A DNA stretch of 64,000 bases from Candidatus Jorgensenbacteria bacterium (GCA_037444725.1 JBBILW010000001.1:5056-69055); one strand, 5' to 3'. Positions 19,332 through 29,788 are shown, counted from the stretch's first letter. Notes: generated from the letters alone by a model not told the origin. Numbers and translations are program-made.

Positions 19332-19783
19332 TGTTCACACGAATCTCACAATTTATCGCTTCGCTCCGCACGGCGGACAACGCTACCAAGAAGAACTGGA
19401 TAATAGGAGCTTCTGCCGTTTCGATGGTCTTCGTGATTCTTCTCTGGCTCGTGTATCTCACGCTTACCTTGCCCTCACTCCCCAGTGATACGAACACGGA
19501 AACAGGTCAGACTGCCGCCGCCACAGAAACCGCTCCGTCCGAACCTACATTCTTTTCGACATTTAGCAGGGGCATCAGCGTTCTCATACACCAGTCGGAA
19601 GCGGGACTCGCGGCATTTGCCTCAAAAATCGCGGAAAATGTTGAAACAATAAAAAAGAGCGTTGAAAAGAAAAACGTGATAGAGGTGAAAGGACCCGAAC
19701 CATCGCGCACTGCAACGACGCCGGCAACGACAACCGCAGCAACTAGCACCGAACCGACCGCCTCAACTTCGACACCTCAATAA
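19331..19783 (+). CDS. Hypothetical single-pass membrane protein
   Basis: TAATG coupling with upstream gene; TM helix; Thr/Ala-rich tails. Confidence 0.75.
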   Translation: MFTRISQFIASLRTADNATKKNWIIGASAVSMVFVILLWLVYLTLTLPSLPSDTNTETGQTAAATETAPSEPTFFSTFSRGISVLIHQSEAGLAAFASKIAENVETIKKSVEKKNVIEVKGPEPSRTATTPATTTAATSTEPTASTSTPQ

Positions 19784-19784
19784 C

Positions 19785-22259
19785 ATGGCTACAAAAAAAG
19801 AAGAACCACAAGTTAATCACGGTAGAATCGAACCTCGCGAAATAACCGACGAGCTCAAAGAGTCGTATCTCGACTATGCGATGTCCGTTATCGTTTCGCG
19901 CGCGCTTCCCGATGTGCGCGACGGATTGAAGCCCGTGCAGCGCCGCATTCTCTGGGCGATGTGGGACAGCGGACTCACGCATCAGACGAAATTCAAAAAA
20001 TCCGCGAACATCGTCGGAGACGTACTCGGACGCTACCATCCGCACGGCGATTCGTCCGTCTATGAATCAATGGTGCGTATGGCGCAGGACTTTTCACTCC
20101 GCTATCCGCTCGTTGATGGCCAGGGAAACTGGGGCTCCGTTGATGGCGATTCGGCAGCTGCGTATCGTTACACCGAAGCCAGGCTTACTAAAGTCGCCTC
20201 GGAACTTTTGACCGACATTGAGAAAGAAACAGTTGATTGGAATCCGAACTACGACAACTCCCGTGTTGAGCCTGCCTATCTTCCCGCAAAACTTCCGAAC
20301 CTTCTTTTGAACGGCACCGTCGGCATCGCCGTCGGTATGGCAACTTCCATTCCTCCGCACAACTTGCTTGAGGTAGTGGACGCGGCAATTCATCTTTCAA
20401 AAAACCCGGACGCTTCGACGCGCGAACTACTTCAATTCGTTCCCGGTCCTGACTTCCCGACAGGCGGTATTATTTATGACAAGAAGGCGATAGAGGAGGC
20501 GTACTCTACCGGCCGCGGCTCCATCACTATGCGCGCCGTCGCTGAAATCGAGGAGCGCAAAGCGGGCAGCTTCCAAATCATCATCACGGAAATTCCGTAT
20601 CAGGTGAACAAGTCCGACCTCATCACAAAGATGGCGGAATTGGCGCAGGAGAAAAAAATCGAAGGTATCCGCGATCTCCGCGACGAATCCGACCGCGACG
20701 GACTCCGCATTGTCGTCGAGTTGAAAAACGACGCTGCGCCGCAGAAGGTGCTGAACCAACTTTTCGAATACACCGAGCTCCAGAAGAATTTCTACTTCAA
20801 CATGTTGGCGCTCGTGAACGGCATCCAGCCGCAAGTGCTCTCCCTTAAAGAAGTGCTCGGCGAGTATCTCGCGCACCGCAAAATTATTGTGCGCCGCCGC
20901 ACCGAGTTCGATCTTAAGAAGGCAGAGGAGCGCGCGCATATTTTGACGGGCTTGGTAACCGCGCTCGACGTCATCGACAAGATTATCGCGACCATCAAGA
21001 AATCGAAGGATAAGGAGGAGGCTCGTACGAACCTCATGAAGCAGTTCAAACTTTCCGAAATCCAAGCGAACGCGATTTTGGAAATGAAGCTGCAGGCGCT
21101 CGCCGCACTCGAACGCATCAAGCTCGAGGACGAGCTCGCCGAAAAGAAGAAATTCATTGCGGAGTGCCAAGCAATTTTGAAATCGCCGAAGAAGATGCTC
21201 GAAATTATCCAGAAAGAGCTCGGCGAACTCCGCGAGGCATATCCCCAGCCCCGCAAGACGCGCATTATCGCGTCCGGCCTCAAAGAATTCCGCGAGGAAG
21301 ACCTTGTGCCCCAGGAAGAAATTATTATTACGATGAGCCAGGACGGTTACATCAAACGCATGCCGCCCGGTACCTTCAAGACGCAGAAGCGCGGAGGCAA
21401 GGGACTCATTGGCTCCGAACTCAAGGAGGAAGACCTCATCCGCCAGATTATCACCGCGAATACGCACGACAACGTACTCTTCTTCACGGACCGCGGACGC
21501 GTCTTCCAGACAAAAGCATACGAAATTCCCGTCGCCGCGCGCACCGCGAAAGGAAAATCAGTCCACAACTTCCTTACCATTCCGCCCGATGAGACCATCA
21601 TCTCCATTGTGAGCTATGCGGATGCCGCAGGAAAAGAAAAAGGAAGCGCCACTCAGTTCCTCGTCATGGCGACACGAGAAGGCGTTATTAAAAAGACGCC
21701 GGTATCAGACTTCGTCGCCGTACGCAGAAGCGGTATTATCGCGCTCAAATTGAAGGGCGAGGACTCATTGCAGTGGGCGTCATTCTCTTCCGGTGATGAC
21801 GAAATCATTCTTGTAACCGCAAACGGACAATCCATCCGCTTCAAAGAAAAGGATGTCCGCCCGATGGGCCGCACCGCTGCCGGAACTCGCGCGGTACGCC
21901 TTAAGAAGGGCGACGTGGTCGCGGGATTCGATATTATTGCGAAGGGAACGAAGGAGGACGTGCAATTCCTCGTGGTGATGGCACACGGATTTGCAAAGCA
22001 AACGCCGCTCAAGGACTACAAGACGCAAAAGCGCGGAGGAGGAGGCATTAAGACCGCGAAAATCACCGACAAAACAGGCAAAGTCATCGCGGCACGCATC
22101 ATCAGCGAGGACACTGAGGAAGCAATCGCATTCTCGTCGAAGGGCCAGGCGCTCCGCACGAAACTCTCCGACATCCGTGTTGCGGGACGCGCGACGCAGG
22201 GCGTGAAAATCATGAACCTCGACGCGGGCGACTCCATTGTCGGCATCGTCTGCCTCTAA
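19785..22259 (+). CDS. gyrA: DNA gyrase subunit A
   Basis: [29 protein letters not shown], GyrA-box QKRGGKG, beta-pinwheel repeats. Confidence 0.98.
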   Translation: MATKKEEPQVNHGRIEPREITDELKESYLDYAMSVIVSRALPDVRDGLKPVQRRILWAMWDSGLTHQTKFKKSANIVGDVLGRYHPHGDSSVYESMVRMAQDFSLRYPLVDGQGNWGSVDGDSAAAYRYTEARLTKVASELLTDIEKETVDWNPNYDNSRVEPAYLPAKLPNLLLNGTVGIAVGMATSIPPHNLLEVVDAAIHLSKNPDASTRELLQFVPGPDFPTGGIIYDKKAIEEAYSTGRGSITMRAVAEIEERKAGSFQIIITEIPYQVNKSDLITKMAELAQEKKIEGIRDLRDESDRDGLRIVVELKNDAAPQKVLNQLFEYTELQKNFYFNMLALVNGIQPQVLSLKEVLGEYLAHRKIIVRRRTEFDLKKAEERAHILTGLVTALDVIDKIIATIKKSKDKEEARTNLMKQFKLSEIQANAILEMKLQALAALERIKLEDELAEKKKFIAECQAILKSPKKMLEIIQKELGELREAYPQPRKTRIIASGLKEFREEDLVPQEEIIITMSQDGYIKRMPPGTFKTQKRGGKGLIGSELKEEDLIRQIITANTHDNVLFFTDRGRVFQTKAYEIPVAARTAKGKSVHNFLTIPPDETIISIVSYADAAGKEKGSATQFLVMATREGVIKKTPVSDFVAVRRSGIIALKLKGEDSLQWASFSSGDDEIILVTANGQSIRFKEKDVRPMGRTAAGTRAVRLKKGDVVAGFDIIAKGTKEDVQFLVVMAHGFAKQTPLKDYKTQKRGGGGIKTAKITDKTGKVIAARIISEDTEEAIAFSSKGQALRTKLSDIRVAGRATQGVKIMNLDAGDSIVGIVCL

Positions 22260-22287
22260 TCAGTCCGCAAACCCAATAGTCGCTTTC

Positions 22288-22317
22288 AAAAGAGATGCCG
22301 AAGCCGGCATCTCTTTT
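22288..22317 (+). terminator. Terminator after gyrA
   Basis: AAAAGAGATGCCG-AAGC-CGGCATCTCTTTT. Confidence 0.85.
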
Positions 22318-22361
22318 CATATTCGTGCTCCGTGGCATCACGCCGTGTATAATAGAAACAT

Positions 22362-23648
22362 ATGTCAAAACCTCAGATTCTTTTTGTGGCAATCGCGGGA
22401 ACTCTCATTTTTATACTCGTGCTCATTTTTGCCGGCATTCTTCCGGGTCTTCAGCCCGCACGCACAAAAGTAACGCTTAAGGTATGGGAAGTGGGGTCAT
22501 ACAGCATAGAAAATTCGCTAAAACTTCTTAAGTCCTCATATCCTGGCGTCACTTTCGATATTAAGAAATTCGACACCATGGATATGTATGAAAATGCGCT
22601 CCTTGAAGGATTCGCCGTCGGCAGCGCGCCCGATATTTTCATGGTCTCCGGAGAAAACTTCCCCCGTTTTTCAAATAAAATCAGCGTAGCGCCGCAAACC
22701 GGCATCACGCTCGTCCAACTTCGCAACCTCTTCCCGCAGATTGCCGAACAGGCATTCACGCTTAAGGGTCAGATTTATGCGCTCCCGCTCTCCATCGACG
22801 ACCTTGCGCTCATCTATAATAGGAGTCTTTTGGGCTCTGCCGGCATCGCCACTCCGCCGAAGACGTGGGAAGAACTCCAACAGGTTGCGCCGTCGATAAC
22901 AAAGAAAGACGCGGCAGGGAACATCACGATTGCAGCGGTAACACTCGGCGGTTCGGCGCGAAGCGTTACCAATGCGGCGGACATACTCGGCGCCATGATG
23001 ATGCAACGGGGTGCCGCGATGGTAAATGAAACAAATACGGCCGCAACATTTGCGGATATACAAGGAAATACGGCCCTCTCCTACTATACGCAATTTGCAG
23101 ATGCTTCAAGCTCCCTCTACACGTGGAACGACTCCATGCCGTTCTCGATAGACGCATTCGCCCAAGAAAAGGCGGCGATGACTTTCGGCTACCTTGAAGA
23201 TGTGAAGCGGATAAAGGCGCGCAGTCCATACCTCAATTTTGACATTGCGCCGCTACCGCAGCCGAAATCGCTTGTCGATGCGGGAAAATCGCTTACGTAC
23301 CCGTCGTTGTACGGTTACACCGTCTCCCGCCAGTCACCGAACTACGCAACCGCATGGAATATTCTTATCGCGCTCGCCACCAATCCCGGTAATGCGCAGG
23401 CATATCTTGATGAAACGGGCACGTCTCCCGCGCTCCTCTCGCTCATTAGCGCATCACAAAGCAATCCGCGCATTGGCGTGTTTGCGCGGCAGGCGCTTGT
23501 CGCAAAACTCTGGCAGAAACCCAATAACTCAATGGCAAACGCTTCATTTTCCTCAATGATTGAAAACGTAATCACCAAAAAGCTGCGCGTCAATGATGCG
23601 CTGTACCAGGCACAAAGCGAGATTAACAAGTTATTTATCCGCCAGTAA
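22362..23648 (+). CDS. Membrane-anchored extracellular solute-binding protein (carbohydrate SBP family)
   Basis: N-terminal TM, APDIF, IYALPLSID.LALIYN, PPKTWEEL, FAQEKAAM. Confidence 0.85.
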   Translation: MSKPQILFVAIAGTLIFILVLIFAGILPGLQPARTKVTLKVWEVGSYSIENSLKLLKSSYPGVTFDIKKFDTMDMYENALLEGFAVGSAPDIFMVSGENFPRFSNKISVAPQTGITLVQLRNLFPQIAEQAFTLKGQIYALPLSIDDLALIYNRSLLGSAGIATPPKTWEELQQVAPSITKKDAAGNITIAAVTLGGSARSVTNAADILGAMMMQRGAAMVNETNTAATFADIQGNTALSYYTQFADASSSLYTWNDSMPFSIDAFAQEKAAMTFGYLEDVKRIKARSPYLNFDIAPLPQPKSLVDAGKSLTYPSLYGYTVSRQSPNYATAWNILIALATNPGNAQAYLDETGTSPALLSLISASQSNPRIGVFARQALVAKLWQKPNNSMANASFSSMIENVITKKLRVNDALYQAQSEINKLFIRQ

Positions 23649-23665
23649 GGTATAATAGAATACAC

Positions 23666-24088
23666 ATGATGTTTCGCTTACTCGCTGGTATTACTCTTGC
23701 CCTCGTCCTCTTCGTCGCCGTTGCTCCGCATGCGCTTGCGGCAAGTATTTGGACGGGAACCTCGTGCGTGGGCACTAGCGGAGGCCCCGACAAGCCGTGC
23801 TCCTTCTGTGACGCGCTTATTGTAGGAAGAAATATTATTACGTTTCTTACCGAGATTGCCGTGTCTATCACCACGCTCATGATAGTAGTCGGCGCAATAC
23901 AATTGGTGATTGCGGGCGGCGACCCCGGAAAAATCTCTGACGCAAAAAGAACGATGGGGCGCGGTCTCACCGGACTTCTCGTCGTAATGTCCGCATGGAC
24001 ACTTATGAACGCGCTTCTCATATTCATCGCACGCGGCAGCGCCTCCGATCCTTCAGGTTGGAAGTGGAATGAGATACAATGTCAGTAA
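23666..24088 (+). CDS. CPR-type pilin (TrbC/VirB2-like)
   Basis: Signal peptide, Cys-rich N-terminus, TM-(AGGDPGKISDAK)-TM. Confidence 0.78.
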   Translation: MMFRLLAGITLALVLFVAVAPHALAASIWTGTSCVGTSGGPDKPCSFCDALIVGRNIITFLTEIAVSITTLMIVVGAIQLVIAGGDPGKISDAKRTMGRGLTGLLVVMSAWTLMNALLIFIARGSASDPSGWKWNEIQCQ

Positions 24089-24093
24089 CCATT

Positions 24094-24423
24094 ATGAAAA
24101 CGTTCTCTAAGGCACTTTTTCTCACGCTCGTCCTTACCGCCGCGGCAGCACACGCGCAAACATCCGTAGCGCTCCCCAATCCGCTCGGGGGCGTAAGCAC
24201 AATCGGCGACCTCCTCAATAAAATTATCGACGCGCTTATTCTTTTCGCATCGCCCGTAGTAGTAGTCATCGTCATGTATGCGGGATATTTGTTTCTTTCC
24301 GCGCGCGACGAACCGGAAAAGATTACCCAGGCCAGAAACACCATTCTCTATGCGATGCTCGGGTATGGTATAATACTAATCGCAAAGGGAATCGGGCTTA
24401 TTATTCAAAGCTTCTTTTCCTAG
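24094..24423 (+). CDS. CPR-type pilin (TrbC/VirB2-like)
   Basis: Signal peptide, LPNPL, YAGYLFLSARDEPEKITQARNTILYAMLG. Confidence 0.8.
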   Translation: MKTFSKALFLTLVLTAAAAHAQTSVALPNPLGGVSTIGDLLNKIIDALILFASPVVVVIVMYAGYLFLSARDEPEKITQARNTILYAMLGYGIILIAKGIGLIIQSFFS

Positions 24424-24470
24424 AAAAGGTCGAGTTGTACATTGCAGACCATTCAAACTTATTACTGAAC

Positions 24471-24818
24471 ATGAAAACACTTGTAAAATACGCATCATTT
24501 GCAGCAGCAATCGCTCCCGTTCTCGCATTCGCGCAGGCAGCACCTGGCGACGTGACCGGAGGAACACAGGGACGCATCACATCACTTACCGGAGTCTGGA
24601 CTATTGTGCAGACGGCAGTTAATTGGCTCGTCGCCATTTTCTTCCTCTATGCAACGATTCAGTTCCTTTTGGCAGGCTGGGAGTATCTTAGCTCCAAGGG
24701 TGATGAATCGAAGGTGACGGAAGTGAGGAATCGCCTTCTCTATGGAGTCATCGGCGTCGCGGTAGGACTTCTTGCATTCTCAGTCCCCGCTATCGTGAGG
24801 ACATTCGTGGGTGCATAA
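24471..24818 (+). CDS. CPR-type pilin (TrbC/VirB2-like)
   Basis: Signal peptide (LAFAQ), AGWEYLSSKGDESKVTEVRNRLLYGVIG. Confidence 0.8.
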   Translation: MKTLVKYASFAAAIAPVLAFAQAAPGDVTGGTQGRITSLTGVWTIVQTAVNWLVAIFFLYATIQFLLAGWEYLSSKGDESKVTEVRNRLLYGVIGVAVGLLAFSVPAIVRTFVGA

Positions 24819-24844
24819 TTACAACCGATACTACGTTACAAAGG

Positions 24845-24876
24845 CTCCTCTCTGCTTCACAGCAAGGGGAGTTTTT
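24845..24876 (+). terminator. Terminator after pilin cluster
   Basis: CTCCTCTCTGCT-TCAC-AGCAAGGGGAG-TTTTT. Confidence 0.65.
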
Positions 24877-24956
24877 GATTCCCTTCTTCGCTAAAGCTAC
24901 GAAGGGCACGGTATTAGAAAAGTAGGAAAATTGGTGTATATTTATGGAAAGTATTT

Positions 24957-25039
24957 GCTCCCGTGGCGGAACTGGCATACGCGCAGCGCTTAGGACGCTG
25001 TCCCCAAAAGGGTTAGAGGTTCAAATCCTCTCGGGAGCA
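24957..25039 (+). tRNA. tRNA-Leu(TAG)
   Basis: GCTCCCG...CAGCG-CTTAGGA-CGCTG, long variable arm, AGAGGTTCAAATCCTCT-CGGGAGC-A. Confidence 0.96.
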
Positions 25040-25205
25040 CAAAATGACTCCACCGTTTAGGTGGAGTTTGTGCTCCGAGGATTTGAACGGGAAAGGGGTC
25101 GGGGAAACGGAAGTTTCCCCGTGGCGGAGCACACGAACCGCTGGGTTCGTGAGAGGCGAGCGATATGCGCGAGCCGACGTTCAATTACCTCTCGGGAGCA
25201 CAAAC
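25040..25205 (+). repeat. Structured tRNA-Leu 3' trailer with inverted and direct copies of the tRNA 3' end
   Basis: Antisense GTTTGTGCTCCGAGGATTTGAACG at 25066-25089; 17-bp direct repeat CCTCTCGGGAGCACAAA at 25027-25043 and 25188-25204; internal hairpins. Confidence 0.85.
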
Positions 25206-25275
25206 GCACTAACAAATAACTAATCACTTACAACAAATAACGCAGAGCAGTCGCTCCCTCCATCGTTATAAGTGA

Positions 25276-26172
25276 TTAGTTATCAGTTTCTTTCCGTCTG
25301 CGAGCATGAAACGCCTCATGCACTTCGCGGAGCTCTTTATTCGTAAGGTGAGTATATACCTGTGTCGTCGCAATGTTTGCGTGGCCCAAGAGCTCCTGCA
25401 CCGAGCGGAGGTCTGCGCCGTTCACAAGCAAGTCGGTCGCGAACGAGTGCCGTAACTCATGCGGGTGCACATGCTTTGCGATGCCTGCCGCACGGGCGTA
25501 GTGATCAACAAGACGCTGAATGGTCCGCGGGATAATACGCTCCATCGGCTTGCCGCTTTTCGAAAGACTTATGAAAAGCGCCTCATCCGCATCAGTCCGT
25601 TTTTTTAAATAATCCTTGATTGCCGTGCGAGCACCGGCCGAGAGAAAGACAACGCGGATTTTCTCTCCCTTTCCACGCACGGAAAGCTCTCCGCGCTCAA
25701 GGTCCAAATATCTCGAGAGCGCGCAAATTTCGGAAACGCGGAGACCGGTCGAAAAGAGAACCTCGAGAATCGCGCGATCGCGGAGCGCGCGGAGCGAATC
25801 ACCCTTCGGTGCGGCAAGGAGCCGCACCAGTTCTTTATACTCAAGCACCTCGATGTCGCGTCGCGCGATTTTGGGAAGCTCGATGGTTTCCGGCGCAAGT
25901 GACTTCACGCCGCGCTTCACGAAATACTTTAAAAGATTACGAAGCGCGATGACGTAATAGCTCTGTGTAATCTTTTTCATGCCGCGCCGCGAGAGCGACA
26001 CGCGAAAACTTCTGACAACCGCGTCGGTAATATCGGTAGGGGATTTCACTCCCGTTTCTTTCACGAACAAGGCAAGATAGCGTTCGTAATTCTCCCGCGT
26101 TTTTAACGAGCGATTTTTTTCAATCTCAAGATAATCGAGGTACTCCTTACAAAGGTCTTTTACATTCGCCAT
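25276..26172 (-). CDS. Tyrosine recombinase, XerC/XerD family
   Basis: RDRAILEVLFSTGLRVSE, GKGEK.R, HPHELRHSFAT, LLGH...TTQVYT; start at MANVKDL is approximate. Confidence 0.95.
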   Translation of the reverse strand: MANVKDLCKEYLDYLEIEKNRSLKTRENYERYLALFVKETGVKSPTDITDAVVRSFRVSLSRRGMKKITQSYYVIALRNLLKYFVKRGVKSLAPETIELPKIARRDIEVLEYKELVRLLAAPKGDSLRALRDRAILEVLFSTGLRVSEICALSRYLDLERGELSVRGKGEKIRVVFLSAGARTAIKDYLKKRTDADEALFISLSKSGKPMERIIPRTIQRLVDHYARAAGIAKHVHPHELRHSFATDLLVNGADLRSVQELLGHANIATTQVYTHLTNKELREVHEAFHARRRKETDN

Positions 26173-26285
26173 TATCTCCATTGTATCACGCATATATTGT
26201 GCGACAGATAATTGACCTGCATTTTGTGCGGGCGTAGAGTATGTACAGAACCTTTTAACCCGCAGGACCCCTATAAGGAGGGAAT

Positions 26286-26579
26286 ATGACACTCGAAAGA
26301 ACAAAGAGAGTACTCGCATCAAGCGAGGATGGAGACGGACAGAGCGTGGAGCTCATCGCGTATGGACCATACGAGAAGACGGTCACTTCGTCCACTGAAG
26401 GCGTGCCCGTGCGCATCAACGGCACGAAGCAGGTGATTCAGCTCCAGACCCGCTACCCCACGTGGGAATCGCTCTACGTCGTGAAGGTACGTGGTGAATC
26501 GGTCCTCAACACGTACGTTGCGCACATTGCCTGGGACAAGTTCAACAGCGCCATCGGCCTCGATCAGGTTGGCGCCTGA
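26286..26579 (+). CDS. Hypothetical protein (97 aa)
   Basis: TAAGGAGG immediately upstream; GC3-rich coding pattern; hairpin plus T tract at about 26590-26621. Confidence 0.72.
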   Translation: MTLERTKRVLASSEDGDGQSVELIAYGPYEKTVTSSTEGVPVRINGTKQVIQLQTRYPTWESLYVVKVRGESVLNTYVAHIAWDKFNSAIGLDQVGA

Positions 26580-26711
26580 CCCCCAACCCACGCACAAGCC
26601 ATACACCGCTTGTGCGTTTTTTAATACATTTCACCAATTTTTGACCCTGTAGGACGCATAAGGTCTATATTTTTTGACATTTTTCCCGTTTCAAGGTAAG
26701 ATAGCCCCATT

Positions 26712-26978
26712 ATGTTAACGAAGAGAAAGAAGACGGTCGCCATAAAGGAATTCCAGACCCACGCCACCGATACCGGTTCCGCGGAGGTTCAGGTAGGCCT
26801 TCTCACCAAACAAATCAAAGCGCTCGCGGATCACCTCAAAAAGAACGCGAAAGACCACCACTCGAGGAGAGGACTTCTCGGTATGGTAGGTAAGCGCCGC
26901 AGGTTCCTTCAGTATCTGAAGCGCGAAGACGAAAAGAAGTATGAAAAGCTGGTCAAAAAACTTGAAATCGAAGCGTAG
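26712..26978 (+). CDS. rpsO: 30S ribosomal protein S15
   Basis: [31 protein letters not shown]. Confidence 0.98.
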   Translation: MLTKRKKTVAIKEFQTHATDTGSAEVQVGLLTKQIKALADHLKKNAKDHHSRRGLLGMVGKRRRFLQYLKREDEKKYEKLVKKLEIEA

Positions 26979-27591
26979 TATTCCTCAAGAAGTCCCCCGC
27001 GCGGCCAAAAATCAGCGTGTGGGGATTTTTCTTGATATTCAAAATATCTACCATTCGGCAAAGCACCTCTACAATTCCCGCGTAAACTTTCAGGAACTCG
27101 TGCGGACGCTTGTGAAGGACCGCACGCTCGCACGCGCCATCGCGTACGTCGTGAAAAGTGAAACAGCGCTCGGCGAGGAATCCTTCTTCGATGCGCTGCG
27201 CAAAACAGGCTTCGAGCTCCGCTCGAAAGACCTCCAGATATATCCCGACGGCTCGAAGAAAGCGGACTGGGATATCGGCATGGCGGTCGACGCCATCCGT
27301 AACGCGGGCGCGCTCGACACTATTATTCTTGTAACGGGCGACGGCGATTTCATCCCGCTCGTCGAGTACTTAAAACTTGGACTCGGAAAACATGTCGAGG
27401 TGGCAGGGTTCGGCAGAACATCATCGGGTAAACTCAAAGAAATCGCCGAAACGTTTATTGAGTTAGACCACGTGCCGCGGATACTTATGGGCATCAAGCG
27501 GCGTCCGCAGGCGCAACAGGGAGCGGCCCCACGTGCAGCGCCTCCCACACGAAAACCGCCGTACAGAAACCAGGGAGGCCGACAGCAGTAA
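26941..27591 (+). CDS. NYN-domain (LabA/DUF88) protein
   Basis: [32 protein letters not shown]; start uncertain (overlaps rpsO). Confidence 0.9.
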   Translation: MKSWSKNLKSKRSIPQEVPRAAKNQRVGIFLDIQNIYHSAKHLYNSRVNFQELVRTLVKDRTLARAIAYVVKSETALGEESFFDALRKTGFELRSKDLQIYPDGSKKADWDIGMAVDAIRNAGALDTIILVTGDGDFIPLVEYLKLGLGKHVEVAGFGRTSSGKLKEIAETFIELDHVPRILMGIKRRPQAQQGAAPRAAPPTRKPPYRNQGGRQQ

Positions 27592-27641
27592 AAAGGCGAG
27601 AGAGTTGAACGACAATACACTTAAAACCCAAAAAAATTATT

Positions 27642-29711
27642 ATGAATCTCAACAGAAAAAAGTTTGCAACGACATTGGACGGCGCACCGCTTGAAGTAGA
27701 AGTATCGGAACTCGCTCATCAGGCGAATGCCGCAGTACTCGCGCGCCACGGCGACACGGTGGTGCTTGCGGTTGCGGTAATGGGCGACAAAGAAGCGTCG
27801 CTTGATTACTTCCCGCTCACCGTTGATTACGAGGAACGTTTTTATGCGGCAGGAAAAATTCTCGGCAGCCGTTTTGTGCGCCGCGAAGGAAGGCCGTCAG
27901 ATGAATCAATTCTTTCCGCACGCCTCATTGACCGCACTATCCGCCCGCTCTTCGATCAGCGCTTGCGCCGCGAAGTGCAAGTAACGGTTACGATTCTTTC
28001 CTACGATGAAATCCATGACCCCGACATGGTGGCGCTTCTTGCAGCTTCAACCGCGCTCGGCATTTCGGACATTCCCTGGGGCGGTCCTGTCGCAGGCGCA
28101 CGCCTTGAAGCGAAGAACGCTGCCGACGGAAAAACTTTCCTTGCCCAATTTGCGGGCACCGACACGTTCGTCAACATGATTGAGTTCGAGGGCAATGAAA
28201 TCTCGGAAAAATCAGCAACCGAAGTATTTGTCGCCGCACATGAAACTATCAAGAAACTGATTGCGTTCCAGAATGGCATCATCAAAGAAATCGGCAAGAA
28301 AAAGGCGGATGTGATGATTCCGGAAGCTTCGCCCGCAGTCAAAACGCTTGTCTCAGAATTCCTTAACGGAAAACTCGAGGCCGCGTTCCGCAATGACACG
28401 CACGGCGCGCTGAAGAATGAACTCTTCGAATACCTCAAAACGACGGACCAGGCGGAGGAGGCGCTTAAATACGCGGAGTATCTTTTTGAAACAATAAGCG
28501 ACGAATTCGTGCACGCGTATGCCTTAAAAGAAGGGAAGCGCGTCGACGGCAGGAAACTTGATGAGGTGCGCGACTTGCTCGCGGAAGTAAAACTCCTTGA
28601 GCGCACGCACGGCTCGGGACTCTTTGTCCGCGGCGATACGCAGGTACTTGCGGTCACCACACTCGCGTCTCCTTCCTCGGAGCAGCTTATCGAATCAATC
28701 GAGGGCACCACGAAGAAGCGCTTCATGCTCCACTACAACTTCCCGAAGTTCTCAACCGGAGAAGTAGGACGCGCGCGCAGCGTCGGCCGCCGTGAAATCG
28801 GCCATGGCGCGCTTGCCGCAAAAGCGGTCGCGCAGGTGGTCCCGGGCAAAGAAGTATTCCCGTACACTATCCGCGTGGTATGTGAGACGCTCTCTTCAAA
28901 CGGCTCATCCTCGCAGGCATCTATCTGCTCGGCTTCGCTCTCACTCATGGACGCAGGCGTGCCGCTCAGGAAGCACGTGGCAGGCATCGCAATCGGCCTC
29001 ATGACTGGCGAGAAAGGCGAATATAAGATTTTGACCGATATCCAGGGCCCTGAGGACCACTACGGCGATATGGACTTCAAAGTAGCGGGCACTGCGGACG
29101 GCATTGCCGCAATCCAGATGGACGTGAAAATCGGCGGCATCACTAAAGATATTTTCGTCGAAGCGCTTCGCGCCGCAGAAAAGGCCCGCACGCAGATTCT
29201 CGGTGTGATGAGCGCAGTACTACCCGCGCCGCGCGCGCAGGTTTCGAAGTACGCGCCGACCATCATGGTCTTGAAGATTAATCCGGAAAAAATCGGACTC
29301 GTTATCGGTCCCGGCGGTAAGACCATCAACGGCATTATTGCGATGTGCGACAACAAAGTCGGCATCGATATCGATGAGGACGGCACCGTGTTCGTATCCG
29401 GCACCGACGCCGCGATGACGAATAAGGCGTACAAAACCGTGGAGGCGCTCGTGCGCGAATACGCCGTCGGCGAAGTGGTAACCGGTCCCATCATCAAAAT
29501 TCTCGATTTCGGCGCCATTGTCGACCTTGGCGGGGGACAGGACGGCATGATTCACGTTTCCGAACTCCGCGACGGCTTCGTAAAGCGTGTTGAAGACGTG
29601 GTTCATATGGGAGAAGTAGTTTCCGCTAAAATCGTTCGCCTTGAACAAGGAAAAATCGGACTCTCATTAAAAGCAATGAAGGCGCCAGAGGCACCAAAGC
29701 CCCAGCAATAG
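27642..29711 (+). CDS. pnp: Polyribonucleotide nucleotidyltransferase
   Basis: FPLTVDYEE, RREIGHG, SNGSSS, GDMDFKVAG; KH and S1 domains. Confidence 0.98.
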   Translation: MNLNRKKFATTLDGAPLEVEVSELAHQANAAVLARHGDTVVLAVAVMGDKEASLDYFPLTVDYEERFYAAGKILGSRFVRREGRPSDESILSARLIDRTIRPLFDQRLRREVQVTVTILSYDEIHDPDMVALLAASTALGISDIPWGGPVAGARLEAKNAADGKTFLAQFAGTDTFVNMIEFEGNEISEKSATEVFVAAHETIKKLIAFQNGIIKEIGKKKADVMIPEASPAVKTLVSEFLNGKLEAAFRNDTHGALKNELFEYLKTTDQAEEALKYAEYLFETISDEFVHAYALKEGKRVDGRKLDEVRDLLAEVKLLERTHGSGLFVRGDTQVLAVTTLASPSSEQLIESIEGTTKKRFMLHYNFPKFSTGEVGRARSVGRREIGHGALAAKAVAQVVPGKEVFPYTIRVVCETLSSNGSSSQASICSASLSLMDAGVPLRKHVAGIAIGLMTGEKGEYKILTDIQGPEDHYGDMDFKVAGTADGIAAIQMDVKIGGITKDIFVEALRAAEKARTQILGVMSAVLPAPRAQVSKYAPTIMVLKINPEKIGLVIGPGGKTINGIIAMCDNKVGIDIDEDGTVFVSGTDAAMTNKAYKTVEALVREYAVGEVVTGPIIKILDFGAIVDLGGGQDGMIHVSELRDGFVKRVEDVVHMGEVVSAKIVRLEQGKIGLSLKAMKAPEAPKPQQ

Positions 29712-29716
29712 CAGCG

Positions 29717-29748
29717 AAAAACACCCCGCATTAATGCGGGGTGTTTTT
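29717..29748 (+). terminator. Terminator after pnp
   Basis: AAAAACACCCCGCA-TTAA-TGCGGGGTGTTTTT. Confidence 0.85.
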
Positions 29749-29788
29749 ATCCACACGCAGGCGAAACAAATGATGTATAATATACGCA

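Noticed and set aside
20427-21467. Long antisense ORFs (346 aa in gyrA; similar ones in ftsK, comM, the kinase and polA)
   Set aside because: Expected shadows of GC-rich codon usage opposite well-supported genes
25276-26579. Prophage or genomic island integrated at tRNA-Leu
   Set aside because: The recombinase looks like housekeeping XerC/D, lies outside the 17-bp direct repeats, and is followed by rpsO-pnp with no phage genes
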